Assembly (NCBI GenBank): GCA_019751125.1 | Contig: JAIENU010000037.1 | Span: forward strand, 17,586 to 81,585 | Direction: 5' to 3' | Source of the DNA: Burkholderiales bacterium | Lineage (GTDB): Bacteria > Pseudomonadota > Gammaproteobacteria > Burkholderiales > SG8-41 | Length of the DNA: 64,000 nucleotides | Part shown: positions 61,435 to 64,000 of the stretch, piece by piece | How the letters are laid out: each line of letters starts with the position of its first letter | Numbering within the stretch: position 1 is the stretch's first letter | The notes under the pieces: model-generated | The model's database searches: none | What the model was told of the DNA's origin: nothing | The model's input: the letters and a program-made list of their open reading frames with translations, nothing else | Translations under genes and position numbers: made by a program

Positions 61435-61914
61435 ATGGGCGAGACCGACTGGACCAGGCTGTTCATTGCCGCTGCGGCAAGCCGGCAGACACCCGATGCG
61501 CTGGTGCTGCCGGAGTGGCGCGAAGAGCAGTGGCAAAGCCTGCTTGCCCACACCACGCCGCGGCCATTCCGCGCCAGCGAGGTGGTGATCCAGCGCGATG
61601 CCACCGATCGCACGCTGCATCTGGTCGCAGCCGGTTCACTCGAAGTCGGCGTGGTGCATGTTGACGGCGTCAGCATGACTTCGCTGGCGCGCATCACCGC
61701 CGGCAGCATTCTCGGCGAACAATCCTTTTTTGACGGCCAGCCGCGTTCGGCCAATGTCTGGGCGGTCAGCGACGGTTCGGTGTTGCTGCTGCCCTTTGAT
61801 GCCTTCAGCCGCTTCGGCGATGAGCAGCCGGCGCTGGCGCGTGATTTCCTGTTTGCGATGTCGCGGGTGCTGTCTATCCGCCTTCGCAATACCTCTTTCC
61901 GTCTGCGCCGCTAG
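61435..61914 (+). CDS. Cyclic-nucleotide-binding domain protein
   Basis: cNMP-binding fold motifs are present: FRASEVVIQRDATDRTLHLVAAGSLEV, GSILGEQSFFDGQPRSANVWAV. There is no DNA-binding domain. Start uncertain (TTG 61417 or ATG 61435). Confidence 0.65.
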   Translation: MGETDWTRLFIAAAASRQTPDALVLPEWREEQWQSLLAHTTPRPFRASEVVIQRDATDRTLHLVAAGSLEVGVVHVDGVSMTSLARITAGSILGEQSFFDGQPRSANVWAVSDGSVLLLPFDAFSRFGDEQPALARDFLFAMSRVLSIRLRNTSFRLRR

Positions 61915-61923
61915 TCACGCCTT

Positions 61924-63228
61924 TCAGGGCAGTTCGACACGCACCCGCAGCCCGCCGCCCTCACGCGCGAGCAGCTTCACGCTGCCGCCGTGCATGCGTG
62001 CGATGCGGTCGACGATGGCGAGCCCCAGGCCGGTGCCGCTGGTCGAGCGTGCACTGTTCATTCTTGTGAATGGCTGCAGCATTCGTTCGGCATCCGCGGC
62101 CGGGATGCCCGGTCCGCGATCAGCCACCTCGATCACGTTGATGTTTGCTTCGCGGCTGGTGCTGACTTCCACCGGCGGGCTGCCGTGGCGCAGCGCGTTC
62201 TCGACCAGGTTCACCACCAGCCTTTGTATCGCCTGCGCACGCAATCGTGCCGGCGCCGTCGCTCCGGGGGTGAAATGCACCGGCCGGCCTTCGCGGATGT
62301 GGCGTTCGAGTGCGGCTGCGATCACGACATTGAGGTCGGCTTCGGCCGCCATCTGTTCGGCTTCGAGCGGGCGCGCGAAGTCGAGGAACTGGCCGATCGC
62401 GGTGTCGATGTCGGCGATGTCCTCGGCGATGCCCGATTTGAGGTCGCCATCACCGCTGCCGCCGAGCATTTCGGTGGCGATGCGGATGCGTGACAGCGGT
62501 GTGCGCAGGTCGTGCGACACGCCGGCGAGCAGCAGCGCGCGTTCCTCGTCCTGGCGCTGGATGTCGGCGGCCATCTGGTTGAAGGCGCGGGCCAGCGTGC
62601 GGATTTCCTCGGGTCCTTCCTCGGCGACACGGGTCTGCACCGCGCCGCGGCCGAGCAGCGCGGATGCCCGTGTCAGTTCGCGCAGCGGCCGGTTGATGCG
62701 GGCGACGATCGCCACCGCGCCGAGCACCGCCAGCACCAGCACCAGCGCACCCCAGCCGATCCAGCGCAGCGGCGCGTTGCGCTCGATGCGCGCGCGCGGC
62801 AGCGTCACCCAGTATTCGTCGCCGTCGATGCGGAAGCTGACCCACACGCCGGTGACACCTTCGCGCTCCAGCGTGAGGCGGGTCTGCGGCCCGAGCCGCT
62901 CGCGCAGTTCGCGTTCGATGATGCGCAGGAAGGGGCGCTGCGGCAGTGCCGGAACACCTTCGGCGGGGTCGCCGATGTAGATCTGGATGCCTTCGCGCTG
63001 CGCCAGTTCGTCGAGCAGGTCATAGCGCCGCACCGGGTCGGCGGTGACCAGCGCGGCACGGGTCAGGTTGACCACGCTGGACAGTTGCTGCGCGGCCTGG
63101 ATCGCGCGCGGCTCGACCTCGGAGGCGCGGAAAATCTGCAGCCAGGCGAGGTGGGCCACCACCAGCAGCGCGGCGATCAGCAGCACGCTGCGCCACAGCA
63201 GCGTGCGCGGCCAGAGTCGCAGCGTCAC
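61924..63228 (-). CDS. EnvZ-like sensor histidine kinase (2 TM, HAMP, HisKA, HATPase_c)
   Basis: H-box LLLAGVSHDLRTPLSRI, N-box LVVNLVENALRHG, G-boxes DRGPGIP and GTGLGLAIV. The GTG start overlaps the ompR-like stop (GTGA). Confidence 0.85.
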   Translation of the reverse strand: MTLRLWPRTLLWRSVLLIAALLVVAHLAWLQIFRASEVEPRAIQAAQQLSSVVNLTRAALVTADPVRRYDLLDELAQREGIQIYIGDPAEGVPALPQRPFLRIIERELRERLGPQTRLTLEREGVTGVWVSFRIDGDEYWVTLPRARIERNAPLRWIGWGALVLVLAVLGAVAIVARINRPLRELTRASALLGRGAVQTRVAEEGPEEIRTLARAFNQMAADIQRQDEERALLLAGVSHDLRTPLSRIRIATEMLGGSGDGDLKSGIAEDIADIDTAIGQFLDFARPLEAEQMAAEADLNVVIAAALERHIREGRPVHFTPGATAPARLRAQAIQRLVVNLVENALRHGSPPVEVSTSREANINVIEVADRGPGIPAADAERMLQPFTRMNSARSTSGTGLGLAIVDRIARMHGGSVKLLAREGGGLRVRVELP

Positions 63229-63959
63229 TGCGCCTTGCCGTCTGGAATAAACACGTAGCCGAACCCCCACACCGTCTGGATGAAGGCGGGTTTCGCCGGA
63301 TCGGGCTCGACCAGCTTGCGCAGGCGTGAGACCTGGACGTCGATCGAGCGGTCGAAGGCGCCGAATTCTCGGCCGCGCGCGAGTTCCATCAGCTTGTCGC
63401 GCGACATCGGCGTGCGCGGATGTTCAACCAGCACCTTGAGCAGCGCGAACTCGCCGGTGGTCAGCGGCACTTCGTCACCGTTGCGGGTCAGAGTACGGGT
63501 GCCGAGGTTGAGGCGGAATTCGCCGAACTCGACGGCCTGTCCTGCCGTGGCCGGTGCCCCCGGTGGCGGCAGCGGCGGCTGGCGGCGCAGCACGGCCTGG
63601 ATGCGTGCCACCAGTTCGCGCGGGTTGAAGGGTTTGGGCAGGTAGTCGTCGGCGCCGAGTTCGAGGCCGACGATGCGGTCGACGTCATCGCCCTTGGCGG
63701 TGAGCATGATGATCGGCAGCGTTTCGCCGCCGCCGCGCAGCCTGCGGCAGATCGACAGGCCGTCTTCGCCGGGCAGCATCAGGTCGAGGATCATCAGGTC
63801 GTAACGCTCGCGGCTGAGCTGGCGGTTCATTTCGACGGCGTCGGCGACCACGCGCACGGCGTAGCCCTGCTCGCCGAGGTAGCGGTTGAGCAGCTCGCGC
63901 AGGCGGGCGTCGTCGTCGACAACGAGGATGCGGGTTTTGGTGGTGTTGGCAGTGTTCAT
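63225..63959 (-). CDS. ompR: OmpR-family response regulator
   Basis: Receiver domain: ILVVDDDARLRELL, DLMILDLMLPGEDG, MLTAKG. Winged-helix output domain: LTTGEFALLKVLVEHP, IQTVWGFGYVF. Confidence 0.88.
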   Translation of the reverse strand: MNTANTTKTRILVVDDDARLRELLNRYLGEQGYAVRVVADAVEMNRQLSRERYDLMILDLMLPGEDGLSICRRLRGGGETLPIIMLTAKGDDVDRIVGLELGADDYLPKPFNPRELVARIQAVLRRQPPLPPPGAPATAGQAVEFGEFRLNLGTRTLTRNGDEVPLTTGEFALLKVLVEHPRTPMSRDKLMELARGREFGAFDRSIDVQVSRLRKLVEPDPAKPAFIQTVWGFGYVFIPDGKAQ

Positions 63960-64000
63960 GGCGGCAATCCTAGCCAGTTCGGGGGCGGCGGGCCATCGTC

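Overview
This is a high-GC, densely coding proteobacterial chromosomal segment. Hand-counted 60-nt lines in ordinary genes give about 65% G+C. I support about 65 CDS and saw no rRNA, tRNA, CRISPR array, transposase or integrase.

Core content:
- Two c-di-GMP signalling proteins.
- suhB, then trmJ-cysE-iscR in the E. coli isc-type neighbourhood. It is followed by a SUF-type Fe-S operon: NifS-like desulfurase, A-type carrier, sufBCDS, sufU, nfu and a Rieske ferredoxin.
- Four orphan Bug/TctC solute-binding proteins and one orphan TRAP DctP-type solute-binding protein. Two Fe(II)/2OG TauD-family dioxygenases are also present.
- A czcI-like/czcC/x/czcB/czcA/y heavy-metal RND cluster and a separate CDF exporter.
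- prfC, mfd, an ABC-F ATPase, ispDF and an envZ/ompR-like pair.

Most notable observations:
1. A roughly 1 kb low-GC islet lies at about 43.07-44.09 kb. Sample lines there give 42% and 28% G+C. It carries a translationally coupled ThsB-type TIR-like gene and a 148-aa three-TM protein gene. No SIR2/SLOG/Macro ThsA-type partner is present. This is a candidate uncharacterised TIR plus membrane-protein defence module. It sits next to what looks like a truncated rhodanese gene.
2. A family of 35-40 bp AT-rich repeats has the approximate consensus TATATAAGYCATTGTTTTTATTGATATTTTTAT. There are 9 clear copies, 8 in the same orientation. Several lie inside coding sequence: in frame within mfd, in the czcB signal peptide, in a LysR C-terminal tail and across the trmJ stop codon.
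3. At least three unrelated GC-rich REP-like palindromic elements are present.

All functional calls come from motif recognition by eye. No database search was run.
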